Positions 8,229 through 17,782 of a stretch of 64,000 bases of DNA are shown piece after piece (the first letter of the stretch is position 1; each line of letters starts with the position of its first letter). The notes under the pieces are model-generated. The model was not told the origin of the DNA and did not search any database. It saw only the letters and a list, made by a program, of their open reading frames with translations. The position numbers and the translations under genes were made by a program. This stretch comes from a virus: the IMG/VR virus record IMGVR_UViG_3300020401_001540, positions 1 to 64,000 of that record; one strand, written 5' to 3'.

Positions 8229-8887
8229 TGGCGGAGATAAAACACGTAGGAAGATTCAAAGATAATCAACGAAAAGTAGTAGTTGCTTACAGAGTCATTC
8301 CTGGAGACGCAGAAGCAAAATCTGCATTAGTCATTGATACTGCATCTTTATCAGATGCTGATCATGATACACTTATCAAAACAGTTGAAAGTCCAGCAGG
8401 TCAAGAAGCATTTGAATTTGCAGAAGTAATGGCTAGAACACAACTGTCAGATGGTGCTAATATGTTAGCAAGATTTCATGCTACAGGTAAATTGCATAAA
8501 GTATTGCATACTGAAGTTGAAATGATGCCAACACCTACATACATTATGGGTTTAGACGAACTTAACAAAGTTATCGCTGAACAAAGAGGAACAACCATTG
8601 CCGATCTTGCTCTTAAAGATCCTAACGAATTACCGGAAGGAACTACTATTGAAGAAGCTGGTTCAGTAAGTGAGATGCCAAAAAAATCTCCAGCAGTACA
8701 AGCAGAAGCACAGGCGGCTCGTGTACAAGCACCAGATAATGGTGTGTTGAGTGATGAAGATTTAGCGGCAAGCTATAGGTCACAGGCTGACAGAATGTAC
8801 AAAGAAGCAAAACGTTTAAGAGAGCAGGCAGAAGAACTGGTTCCTACTAAAAAGAAAAGTAAAGCCAGTGTCAAAACGGCTTCCTGA
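8228..8887 (+). CDS. Hypothetical phage protein (219 aa)
   Basis: TAATG-coupled, AAGGAG SD, C-terminal coiled coil. Confidence 0.8.
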   Translation: MAEIKHVGRFKDNQRKVVVAYRVIPGDAEAKSALVIDTASLSDADHDTLIKTVESPAGQEAFEFAEVMARTQLSDGANMLARFHATGKLHKVLHTEVEMMPTPTYIMGLDELNKVIAEQRGTTIADLALKDPNELPEGTTIEEAGSVSEMPKKSPAVQAEAQAARVQAPDNGVLSDEDLAASYRSQADRMYKEAKRLREQAEELVPTKKKSKASVKTAS

Positions 8888-9182
8888 TGATGTAGTAAGA
8901 TATTGGCCAGACGTACTTAAAGACATTGATATAAAAACTATACCCATAGACTACTTGAGCTCTATAAGGATAGAATACAAGAACGGAAAGATCTGGGAAG
9001 TTGATTGCAATGCCAAAAGAAGTACTGGAGCCAAGCTCGATAACTCCATAGCTGATTTGTTTAAAAACTATGGGGACGACATCTTACACGTAGATTTCAG
9101 GCTTAATACACCCAAATTAAAGCGAGATATAGAAAAAAAGACTCGTGCTTTCTTCAAGAACCCTACTAAAAAGAAGAAGTAA
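8868..9182 (+). CDS. Hypothetical protein (104 aa)
   Basis: GTG-start ORF overlapping the upstream gene end. Confidence 0.65.
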   Translation: MSKRLPDDVVRYWPDVLKDIDIKTIPIDYLSSIRIEYKNGKIWEVDCNAKRSTGAKLDNSIADLFKNYGDDILHVDFRLNTPKLKRDIEKKTRAFFKNPTKKKK

Positions 9183-9199
9183 ATAAATGTGTATTTGGC

Positions 9200-9206
9200 A
9201 TAAATA
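9200..9206 (+). promoter_or_regulatory. Putative late promoter ATAAATA
   Basis: Intergenic, 28 nt upstream of a virion-type gene that has an AGGAG SD. Confidence 0.6.
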
Positions 9207-9233
9207 TATATAACAATGAATTAGGAGCATTAC

Positions 9234-10346
9234 ATGGGTACTTTACGTTTAAAACGAGGCACTAAAACAGCTTTACAAACTACTCCAGGTTTTACACCAG
9301 CTGAAGGTGAACTTGTTTATACCACAGATAGTAAGGAAGTGTTTGTAGGAGATGGGATTACTCAGGGTGGGGTTCCAGTATCTGTAAGCACACAAAATTT
9401 AGAAGATTTAGGCAACGTTCAAGCATTAGCGGCACAGAAAGATCAAATACTTGTATACAACGGATCTAACTGGGCGGCAACAGATAATCCTCAAATTGAT
9501 TTAAGAGGTAACATTTATGCAGATGATTCGACGCTCCTAGTTGATGCAATAAATGGAAAAATAGTTGCTCCAGTAGAAACAAGTTCAGTAACTGCCACAA
9601 ACATTGTTGGTAACCTTGTTGGTGATGTCACAGGATCCGTTACAGGTAATGTGGTAGGAAATACAACAGGAACACACTTTGGTAATGTAACAGGCAACCT
9701 ACTTGGCGATATGCTAGGTAGTGTATTTTCAGATGATTCAAGTGTAATGATAGATTCAGTTGGTAAGAGAGTAGTTGCTAACATTGAATCTCCAAGCATT
9801 ACAACCACTAAAGAAATTTCAGTAACAACGGGTGGTGATAACTCAGTTATACTTGCAACTGGTATTGCAGGTGCAGGATCAACTGGTCCTAAACTAATTG
9901 TTAGAAGTTCTAATGGTACTACAGTGGCTCCAACAGTAAGTGTTGGTGGAACAACTGGTGATGGACTTATGGACTTGCATGGTATGGGATATGATGGCAC
10001 AGATTACAAATTAGCAGGTATGTTAAGGGTAGCGGTTGATCTTGATGCTACTGTATCAGCAAACACTGTTCCAGGAAGAATTAATCTTATTACAGCAAAT
10101 AGTTCAGGTAACCTAATTAATCTTTTAACTTTTAATAGTTCAGGTAACTTAGGTATTGGATTACCTAGACCATTAGAAAAGTTACATGTAAACGGAAATG
10201 CTAGAGCTACAGGATTTGTGCAATTTGGTTCTTTAACAACTACTGAACGTGATGCACTTACAGCCGCTAACGGTATGGTAATTTATAATTCAAGCACTAA
10301 TAAATTTCAAGGTTACGAAAACGGTAACTGGGTCAATTTAGTTTAA
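9234..10346 (+). CDS. Fibre-like virion protein with Mtd_N-type N-terminal domain
   Basis: LRLKRGT...PAEGELVYTTD...VGDG N-terminus, G(N/D)V(T/V)G repeats, GNLGIG...P.EKLHVNG, and C-terminal LTTTERDAL...GMVIYNS. Confidence 0.75.
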   Translation: MGTLRLKRGTKTALQTTPGFTPAEGELVYTTDSKEVFVGDGITQGGVPVSVSTQNLEDLGNVQALAAQKDQILVYNGSNWAATDNPQIDLRGNIYADDSTLLVDAINGKIVAPVETSSVTATNIVGNLVGDVTGSVTGNVVGNTTGTHFGNVTGNLLGDMLGSVFSDDSSVMIDSVGKRVVANIESPSITTTKEISVTTGGDNSVILATGIAGAGSTGPKLIVRSSNGTTVAPTVSVGGTTGDGLMDLHGMGYDGTDYKLAGMLRVAVDLDATVSANTVPGRINLITANSSGNLINLLTFNSSGNLGIGLPRPLEKLHVNGNARATGFVQFGSLTTTERDALTAANGMVIYNSSTNKFQGYENGNWVNLV

Positions 10347-11316
10347 ATTTAGTAATCATTATTTCATCAAGAGTAGTACAAACTTCTTTTCCGCATATAG
10401 TCCATTCTTCGTTGAATATACTTAAATCCTTTTCAAAAATATTACCCACAATTCCTGTGTTAGCACAGGTTCCGTATTGCACATCTCCGTTGGCCTGAAT
10501 AAGTATTTTCTTATTTGTAATAGCACACTTCCAGCCTTTAAACTTATTTGTTCTTTTTTGTAAGAAATCTACCGCATTGGTTTGTATTGTGTCGTCTACC
10601 GTAAAATTAAGATAGTCAGGCATCTTTTGATCGAGTGTTTCTATATATTCTAATTCTTCTTTAGTATAATAATTCAAATCACCATTATCTAATCTTTGAT
10701 GGTAACCTTTTAAATTTCTACTAGATTGATAAGTTTGATTTGTTACTTTAGTCTTTTTGTTATATAAAGGATTAACAGGAATCTTTACAATAGGTGTTTC
10801 TTTAAGTTTCTTTTCTAATTCGAATATTTTATCAAACAAACCTTGTGCTAACATTGCTCTTACTTCAACATTGCCTCCATTGGTTTTAATCATGTTTACA
10901 AATTCTACTATTTTATTAATGTCTGCACTTTCAGGATGAAAACTAATCTTGATATTAATGTTTTTAAAAGATTCTTTACTGTAATCATATATACGTAATG
11001 GTAAACTGCCATTTGTAAATATACCAACACGCATTCCATTTTCGCCCATATAGTTAAACCACTTATGTACGTCCTTGATTAAGAAAGGTTCTCCGCCTGT
11101 GATGTATACTAGGATAGACTTGTTTGCTGGTACTGAGTCTCTTATTTTTTTAGATGCTTTTATTAAATCATCTATTTTAGGTAGCTTAGACTTTACAATA
11201 GGTAAATGATTGCTAGGTTCACAATAACTGCAATCGTAATTACACATATCTGTAGGGCGCCAATGTACAATATAATCTTCGTACCAATCAGATTTTTCTA
11301 TCTTTGATATACTCAT
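10333..11316 (-). CDS. Radical SAM protein with C-terminal Twitch/SPASM-like cysteines
   Basis: CNYDCSYC, TGGEP and FTNGS. C-terminal C...ANGDV..GTC...GNI...C...C. Confidence 0.9.
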   Translation of the reverse strand: MSISKIEKSDWYEDYIVHWRPTDMCNYDCSYCEPSNHLPIVKSKLPKIDDLIKASKKIRDSVPANKSILVYITGGEPFLIKDVHKWFNYMGENGMRVGIFTNGSLPLRIYDYSKESFKNINIKISFHPESADINKIVEFVNMIKTNGGNVEVRAMLAQGLFDKIFELEKKLKETPIVKIPVNPLYNKKTKVTNQTYQSSRNLKGYHQRLDNGDLNYYTKEELEYIETLDQKMPDYLNFTVDDTIQTNAVDFLQKRTNKFKGWKCAITNKKILIQANGDVQYGTCANTGIVGNIFEKDLSIFNEEWTICGKEVCTTLDEIMITKFKLN

Positions 11317-12454
11317 TGTACAGATCTTTCCTGTTTATTTTTCCTTGACCTTTTCTCTTGATTTCATCTACTGAAAATATTTTTGGTATTTTATACCTTA
11401 CTAGTTTGCTTTTCAATTTTTCTAAATCTACTTTACCTACTACTTCTGCATATACTCTATCATATCCAAATACTACTGCATCTTTGGCTCCACATTGTAA
11501 CAGTGCCTTTTCTACTTCGTAAGGCATAATTTTCCAACCACCCTTGATTATTGTTTCTTTTTTCCTACCAGTAATGAATAGATATCCGTCTTTGTCTATG
11601 TGTCCTATGTCTCCCGTAGCAAATCCGTTTACAATTATTTCATTATCGTCTTCAAATTTAATATCAATTTTATCCAACACAAATCCTACACTATTGTATT
11701 TTTGCGGATAGTGCATAATGCTAATAGTTCCTATTTCATTTATGCCATAACTATCAGTTGTAATGCAATTAAAATATTGTTGAGCTTTTATTTTAAAGTC
11801 TTTATACATTGGTGCACCAACGGTTCTTATATGTCTTATAGTCATATTTTCGTAAGGCACATCGGTCTCCATCATTCCATTTAAGACATTAGGACTTCCT
11901 ATAATAAATGTTGGATTTACTTTTGGCCAGTCTTTCCAAGGATTGTTAAGAACATGATAGGTTGCTCCGTACTTGTAACAAGCAGAAAATGTTTGAAACC
12001 CTATACATACCCATAGAGGAATAAAGTTAACAGTGCTGTCTTTATTGCACAAATTTGCATGTATTTGTATGTTATTATCTAAACCGTCTACTTCATATTG
12101 TTGTTTAGTAATTGGTACTATTCTTGGTTTGTCGGTACTACCGCTAGAACATATTCCTACCACTTCATCTTTCGCACACTGATTAAATTTAGGTTCTGGT
12201 AAAGTGTCATTCCATATATCAATATCATAAAAATCTAATTCAAAGGTTTTAGAATCTTTATCTATTATTACCGGACTGCAAACCTTCATAGCACCAAATA
12301 TCTTAAAAATATTTTTCCAATCACTATAAATGCCTATACGACAAGTTTTATCGTATCCCGCCTCTATTAGTTGATTAGTATATTCTTGAGCCAGCTTATC
12401 GAATTCTTGTTTGGTATAAGATTTTCCGCCCTCAAACTTTAGTATTATACTCAC
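11288..12454 (-). CDS. Adenylate-forming (AMP-binding, acyl-CoA ligase-like) enzyme
   Basis: A3 SSGSTDKPR, A5 YGINE, A7 ATGDIG and A8 GRKKETIIKGG.K. Probable GTG start at 12454 after a GAGGA SD (ORF track gives 12469). Confidence 0.85.
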   Translation of the reverse strand: MSIILKFEGGKSYTKQEFDKLAQEYTNQLIEAGYDKTCRIGIYSDWKNIFKIFGAMKVCSPVIIDKDSKTFELDFYDIDIWNDTLPEPKFNQCAKDEVVGICSSGSTDKPRIVPITKQQYEVDGLDNNIQIHANLCNKDSTVNFIPLWVCIGFQTFSACYKYGATYHVLNNPWKDWPKVNPTFIIGSPNVLNGMMETDVPYENMTIRHIRTVGAPMYKDFKIKAQQYFNCITTDSYGINEIGTISIMHYPQKYNSVGFVLDKIDIKFEDDNEIIVNGFATGDIGHIDKDGYLFITGRKKETIIKGGWKIMPYEVEKALLQCGAKDAVVFGYDRVYAEVVGKVDLEKLKSKLVRYKIPKIFSVDEIKRKGQGKINRKDLYNEYIKDRKI

Positions 12455-13118
12455 GTATTTCCTCTTCAATCATGTTTAGGTATTGTAATCTATATTCATT
12501 ATGCGATTTCAATGTCGTAGGTTGTGTCCTGTAACCATAACGTTCACCCAAATATTTATGATTAGGTTTAAGTTGATCAAACTCTTGTTGACTCATTACT
12601 TTTCCTATGTTACCATATCTAACCATATGAAAAGATCTATCAATATCGCTTACCATAAATGCATGATGTACTCCAGGTAATTCATAATGTTTGGAAGGTG
12701 GATGCTTTAACATGTCTCTAAAAATTTTATACTTGTTTTGTCCATTATCTTCTGTACCAGCTATTACCACTGCATTTCTATAATCTACATCAAGCATGAA
12801 TTTTGCAATAGCAATACAGCCAGGATAAAATAGATAATTTTTCAAAAACTTTTTGTGATGAACAATACCTAAAAATGCACCTAAACTAAATCCTATATGT
12901 ATAAGATCACCTTCAGGAAAGTTTACATTAAACATTTCACTAAATGTGCAATCATGATCATCTTGGCGATGACTGTCACTCCACCATAGGTTTGTAATTC
13001 CGTGTGGTGTAAAGTAATCGATAAGATGTACTTCATAACCTTTGTCTTTGAAAAAATCATGGGTGAAGGTTTCGGCTGTGCCTATACCTCCACTACCATG
13101 TGATATAACTATTTTCAT
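12432..13118 (-). CDS. Alpha/beta hydrolase (dienelactone hydrolase-like)
   Basis: HGSGG oxyanion motif, nucleophile GFSLG, Asp in GTED and His in HHAF. Confidence 0.8.
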   Translation of the reverse strand: MKIVISHGSGGIGTAETFTHDFFKDKGYEVHLIDYFTPHGITNLWWSDSHRQDDHDCTFSEMFNVNFPEGDLIHIGFSLGAFLGIVHHKKFLKNYLFYPGCIAIAKFMLDVDYRNAVVIAGTEDNGQNKYKIFRDMLKHPPSKHYELPGVHHAFMVSDIDRSFHMVRYGNIGKVMSQQEFDQLKPNHKYLGERYGYRTQPTTLKSHNEYRLQYLNMIEEEIREYNTKV

Positions 13119-14158
13119 TTTAAGCCAAGTTCGATCTTGAATACACTTTTCAAACCAAGTGCTTGTGTATTAAATGTTACAAGATCTTCTAGTGCTTCTA
13201 CAGTTACAAATGTCATAAGTGTATCTCTATGATTATTACCTGCCTCACCAATTTTCCATTCGTACTTGCCTACTTTCTTTTCGATGATAGCTCTGCTATC
13301 AGGATTATTTGACATAGCTGTTAAAGCATCTTGTAATTTTTCTGCATTAGGATTTCCTTGATTTACCCATAGTGCTTTCTGCATTCCATCTCTAAATGAC
13401 TTCACTAACTTATAAGCATTATAAAAATCACCACTTGGCTTTTGTCCCCAAAGCTGTTCAAATAATACTTCGAATTGATAACCTGGATAGTTTGGATCAT
13501 CTGCGTGACTTCCGTCAGCCTGTAGTATACCATGATGAAACCATATCACTGCATTTTCATCTGGCTCAACATGTTTTTTGTAAGCCGCAGGATTTTCTCT
13601 AGTTCCTGTTAACTCACCACGTTTAAATGCAAGACGTCTTTCACTACCGCTCATACCCTTGATCCATTTCACATTTTTCTTAAAGCAGGCAATATATTCG
13701 TCCATGCCTTTGTCAGGTCCACATATCAACATTGTCATTGCGTATGCTTCTGGTGTTTGTCCACTACCAGCCGCAAAGCTAGGAGTTGTCATATCTTCAC
13801 CAACACGTTTTCCTGCAATGATGTTAAGATTCATAAGACCAATACTTTCGTATTGACGATAATCATAATCAACTTCTTCTTGTAAAAAGGCAACACCATT
13901 ACCGCCGTGTGATACCATAATCACTTTGTCATCATTCCGCATTTCATTATGCCATTTGTTAAATCCCGGAATATCTCTTGCTCCGGGGATATGTTTGATC
14001 TTAATGTTTTCTCCTAGATACTTTTCAAGTTCTTTAGCAACAATCTCTGCCCAGACACTTGTGCCGCCACCTGGCTTTTGGGGTACTACCATTGTATAAT
14101 CTGCATGTGCAACTGTAGTAAACATTGCAAATACAAGTCCTAATAATAATTTACGCAT
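13115..14158 (-). CDS. tctC: Tripartite tricarboxylate transporter substrate-binding protein (TctC/Bug-like)
   Basis: Signal peptide ending AHA, VVPQKPGGGT and HIPGA. Adjacent to tctA. Confidence 0.8.
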   Translation of the reverse strand: MRKLLLGLVFAMFTTVAHADYTMVVPQKPGGGTSVWAEIVAKELEKYLGENIKIKHIPGARDIPGFNKWHNEMRNDDKVIMVSHGGNGVAFLQEEVDYDYRQYESIGLMNLNIIAGKRVGEDMTTPSFAAGSGQTPEAYAMTMLICGPDKGMDEYIACFKKNVKWIKGMSGSERRLAFKRGELTGTRENPAAYKKHVEPDENAVIWFHHGILQADGSHADDPNYPGYQFEVLFEQLWGQKPSGDFYNAYKLVKSFRDGMQKALWVNQGNPNAEKLQDALTAMSNNPDSRAIIEKKVGKYEWKIGEAGNNHRDTLMTFVTVEALEDLVTFNTQALGLKSVFKIELGLK

Positions 14159-15584
14159 AGTTTATTTTCCTTTTTGATGTCAATCCCCATAAAAGTGTAA
14201 CAGCTATTGTAACACACAAACCGAGGAATATTGGTTTGTCTAGCAGTTTATCTACCGTATAAAGTCCAGTCATTTGTACTGTGAGTGCTTCTATTCTATC
14301 TGCTAGAATAAATGCAAATAGCAGTGCTGGTCTGCTAAATTTGTATCGTTTTGCCAGTAGTCCTACAATACTACAAATGGCAAGCATGAAATAATCTTCC
14401 CAACCGCCTGTATATTGGACACATGCCAAAATAATAAATCCAAGCAAAATTGGAAAGTAATACTTGTAAGGTATCTGTGCTATCTTCGCTATATATGGCG
14501 TCGTAAACAAGCATAGAGCGCCTACTAGCACGGTTGCAAGCATAAACCCGTACAACATACTATCAAAGAATTTAGAGTCATTTGCAAGCTCTAAAGTGCC
14601 CAATTCAAAATCCAAATATGCAAATAATCCAATTACAATAGCGGCAAAACTTGCACCAGGTATTCCAAATAAAACTGTCGGAATCATCGAAGTTGCTTTC
14701 TGTGCATTATTGGCTCCTTCAGGTCCAATCACTCCTTTAATATTTCCTTCACCAAATTTGTCTTTTGGATGGCTAGCTACTGTTGAACTATATGCCATCC
14801 AGTCTGCAACTGCTCCACCTAACCCAGGAAGCAGTCCTATAAATGCTCCTATAAATCCACCTCTGATAGCGTCCCATTTATTTTTCCATACAGCAAGTAT
14901 TCCTTCTTTGGTTTGTTTACCATTACCAAGTGCCACCATGCTGGTATTTGTTCTTTGTTTTAATCCTGATAATAATTCTGGTATAGCAAAAAGTCCTGCA
15001 ACAAGTGGCATCAGTTGGACACCGTCACCTAGATATTCCCAACCGCCTGTCCACCTATCTGCATTGGTGCTAGGATCAACTCCTATAAGTCCTACAAATA
15101 ATCCTATACATAAAGCTAACAAACTTCTAAACCAAAACTTATTTGTTACAAAAGTTACACACACAAGAGCTAACATTGTGAACGCCCATAATTCAGGTAC
15201 TCCGAATATCATAATCAATTGTGTGTAGTAAGGCAATAGGAAAAATGTCAAAGATCCCCATATAAGCCCATTCAGTGTACTTGTGGTTACTGCTGAACTA
15301 ATTGCATAAGTTGCCTGCCCTTTAAGTGCTAATGGAAAGCCATCTATCATTGTTGCCGCCGCACTATTAGCACCGGGTATACCTAGCAACACTCCTGTAT
15401 ACGTATCTCCTGTAGTGCTTGCCGCTACCACTGCCATAACAAATATAACTGCCAAATAAGGATCTGGAAATAATGTTATAAAAGAGAATACAAAAATTAA
15501 ACCCGTAGTTGCTCCTGCGCCTGGCAGTATACCAATTATCAGACCGTAAAATGTTCCTGCTAGTAATGCCAATACTGAAGCCAT
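14151..15584 (-). CDS. tctA: Tripartite tricarboxylate transporter permease (TctA)
   Basis: Polytopic membrane protein with GILPGAG, LLGIPG..SAAATMIDG, GLLPGLG, GPEGANNA and LFGIPG repeats characteristic of TctA. Confidence 0.92.
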   Translation of the reverse strand: MASVLALLAGTFYGLIIGILPGAGATTGLIFVFSFITLFPDPYLAVIFVMAVVAASTTGDTYTGVLLGIPGANSAAATMIDGFPLALKGQATYAISSAVTTSTLNGLIWGSLTFFLLPYYTQLIMIFGVPELWAFTMLALVCVTFVTNKFWFRSLLALCIGLFVGLIGVDPSTNADRWTGGWEYLGDGVQLMPLVAGLFAIPELLSGLKQRTNTSMVALGNGKQTKEGILAVWKNKWDAIRGGFIGAFIGLLPGLGGAVADWMAYSSTVASHPKDKFGEGNIKGVIGPEGANNAQKATSMIPTVLFGIPGASFAAIVIGLFAYLDFELGTLELANDSKFFDSMLYGFMLATVLVGALCLFTTPYIAKIAQIPYKYYFPILLGFIILACVQYTGGWEDYFMLAICSIVGLLAKRYKFSRPALLFAFILADRIEALTVQMTGLYTVDKLLDKPIFLGLCVTIAVTLLWGLTSKRKINYA

Positions 15585-15625
15585 GCTATTTTCCTTCTAT
15601 ATAATTAATTATGTAACAAATGTAC

Positions 15626-15663
15626 TTTTTTTAAAGAAAGTGGATTTTTTTTGAAAGAAAGTG
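15626..15663. repeat. Imperfect direct repeat T7-8(G)AAAGAAAGTG x2 in a divergent intergenic region
   Basis: TTTTTTTAAAGAAAGTG (15626-15642) and TTTTTTTTGAAAGAAAGTG (15645-15663). Confidence 0.6.
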
Positions 15664-16398
15664 AAAAAAATTATGAATACACGAATTTTTTCGTTAGTAA
15701 TGGAAAATTTACAGCATACATTTAGCTTGCCTAAATACGCTGATTTACAGATAGATAAACAAAGCATCATTGATGACTTACCCTTTACTCCTGCACGTAA
15801 AGAAAAATTTTGCCAGAGTATAATGAATGAATTAGATATAGATTACTTAGATTTAACAGGTACAATAGAAGAATTTGTGCAATCTTTAGATACTTTTTAT
15901 ATGAAAAGATTCTTTGGAGAAATTTGGAAACCAAATACAGATGAGCATACCTATAGTGGTTGGAGTATAGTTGACAGAATAAATGAACGCAATCCAAAAA
16001 ATGTTCTTGACTTTGGGTGTGGTTACAATCAATTTAAACCACGAATAAAAAATTTAACTGGTATTGATCCGTTTAATGAAAATGCAGACTACATGGTTGA
16101 CATTTTAGATTTCAATGTAGATGAAAAATACGACCACATGATTGTATTTGGCAGTCTAAACTTTGGTGATGAAAACGATATAAGATTACGTTTCAAAAAA
16201 TTATATTCCCTACTAGCAACAGGTGGTAGAATGTATTTTAGAGTCAATCCAGGAATACTTTGGCCTAAAGGTCCTTATGTAGATATCTTTCCGTGGAGTT
16301 TTGAATTTGCATACGCCCTTGCAAAAGAACATAATTGTAAATTAGAACAATACAAAAAAGATCGAAAACGCTTTTACTTTGAAATCTTAAAGATGTGA
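15661..16398 (+). CDS. Class I SAM-dependent methyltransferase with N-terminal ACP-like helical domain
   Basis: VLDFGCG motif I, GIDP, and LLATGG..YF. The N-terminal ~75 aa has ACP-like spacing. The start may be ATG 15673. Confidence 0.75.
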   Translation: MKKIMNTRIFSLVMENLQHTFSLPKYADLQIDKQSIIDDLPFTPARKEKFCQSIMNELDIDYLDLTGTIEEFVQSLDTFYMKRFFGEIWKPNTDEHTYSGWSIVDRINERNPKNVLDFGCGYNQFKPRIKNLTGIDPFNENADYMVDILDFNVDEKYDHMIVFGSLNFGDENDIRLRFKKLYSLLATGGRMYFRVNPGILWPKGPYVDIFPWSFEFAYALAKEHNCKLEQYKKDRKRFYFEILKM

Positions 16399-17139
16399 TC
16401 TATTTTCAAATAATACTTTACACTTATCATAATTTTCTTTATTAACAATTAGTCCTAATTTTTTACACATCTCTTCATATACATCAAATTTCAACACATC
16501 ATTTATTTCTGTAATAATAACATCTTTATCTGTTGAATGTGTTTTATAGTTTTTTATTTGATTTTCAAACTCGTTTACTAATACTTGCTTCATTGTTATG
16601 CCTTGCTGTTTAGCTTTGTCTTCATATAAATCTTTGTAAAGATATTCCTTATTTTTAGGATCAACAAAATAATAGTAACTACTACGCATCCATCTTTCAA
16701 TTAATAAATCAATGTCATTTGGAATAACCACTACATATTGAGCAGGATCAAAAAACTTTTTTGTCTCATCTAGATTATCGTGTAAAGTATAAATGAAATG
16801 ATTAGGATATAATTTTTTCTTCCAGGCTTGTATATCATTTGGTGTTGTGTTTATTCCTCTTGAACGGGCAAAACTCAAGACTGGTGGTATTGTATATTCA
16901 GGATCTAACCCTTTAGGCTTTGCTCCCTTGAATCTCTTGTTGAAATGCATTTTACTGAAATCTTTATCTTTACCCATATAAGGTAACCATGGATGTTCAT
17001 TGTTTTGTTCATGATCGTACCATGCAACATTATCGCAACAAGCTATCATACGTCCTAGCATGTGTCCTCCACTGCCTTGCGGAAAATTTAATGTAATACA
17101 ATTACTTTCTACCATAATACCAATAGCATCCGTTTTCAA
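16387..17139 (-). CDS. Hypothetical protein, possible sulfotransferase/P-loop fold
   Basis: N-terminal LNFPQGSGGHML..MI resembles a sulfotransferase PAPS-binding loop. Weak evidence. Confidence 0.4.
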   Translation of the reverse strand: MKTDAIGIMVESNCITLNFPQGSGGHMLGRMIACCDNVAWYDHEQNNEHPWLPYMGKDKDFSKMHFNKRFKGAKPKGLDPEYTIPPVLSFARSRGINTTPNDIQAWKKKLYPNHFIYTLHDNLDETKKFFDPAQYVVVIPNDIDLLIERWMRSSYYYFVDPKNKEYLYKDLYEDKAKQQGITMKQVLVNEFENQIKNYKTHSTDKDVIITEINDVLKFDVYEEMCKKLGLIVNKENYDKCKVLFENRSHL

Positions 17140-17782
17140 ATTTTACAATATCACCTGTGGCAAACCAATCATCATATACACAGATTTTACCTTTTACAAA
17201 AAGTTCTTTTCTTATAATTTTAACCTCACAAAAAGTTGTATCTCCAATTATTGTGTGTAAAGGTAAATCATAAGCCTCAGGATCTTGTTCTGTATAAGTT
17301 TTGTTTATTGCCATAGGTCCTATTTCACTCATTCCCCAATTAGCAATAAATGTTGCTCCTTTTGCTACATATCTATTAATGCATTCTGCAGGTACTCTAT
17401 CACTACCACAAGCAATAATTTTATCTTTTAAATCTAGATTATTCCAACCTTTTGTTTTTGTGATAGCAAGTGCCATACCCGGTGTAAGATGACTATGTGT
17501 AAAATGTTTTATCTTGCTAACCCAACTAAAAGGATTAAATTGTTCAATGTGTATTTCTGCATCAATTTCTAAAGCTGGCAATGTTTGTGCAAATAAACCA
17601 CCTGCATGGTCTAATTTACACACGGTATAAATTTTACTGGTTCTTGTAATTTTTTGAACATCACGTGCGGCTTGATTTGCATGTTTTATTTTATCAGGGC
17701 TTTGATAAATTTGCTTTGCTGGTCCTGTTGTACCACTAGAACTAATACTAGTTCCGTTTTTTAAAATGTTTTTCAGTTCCAT
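17102..17782 (-). CDS. Minimal adenylate-forming (AMP-binding) protein
   Basis: SSSGTTGPAK, WGMSE and FATGDI. Ends at the hinge YYGRK and lacks the C-terminal subdomain. Confidence 0.8.
   Translation of the reverse strand: MELKNILKNGTSISSSGTTGPAKQIYQSPDKIKHANQAARDVQKITRTSKIYTVCKLDHAGGLFAQTLPALEIDAEIHIEQFNPFSWVSKIKHFTHSHLTPGMALAITKTKGWNNLDLKDKIIACGSDRVPAECINRYVAKGATFIANWGMSEIGPMAINKTYTEQDPEAYDLPLHTIIGDTTFCEVKIIRKELFVKGKICVYDDWFATGDIVKFENGCYWYYGRK

Noticed and set aside
9234-10346. Diversity-generating retroelement suggested by the Mtd_N-like domain
   Set aside because: No reverse transcriptase, C-type lectin tip or TR/VR repeat pair was seen. Mtd_N alone is only an attachment domain.
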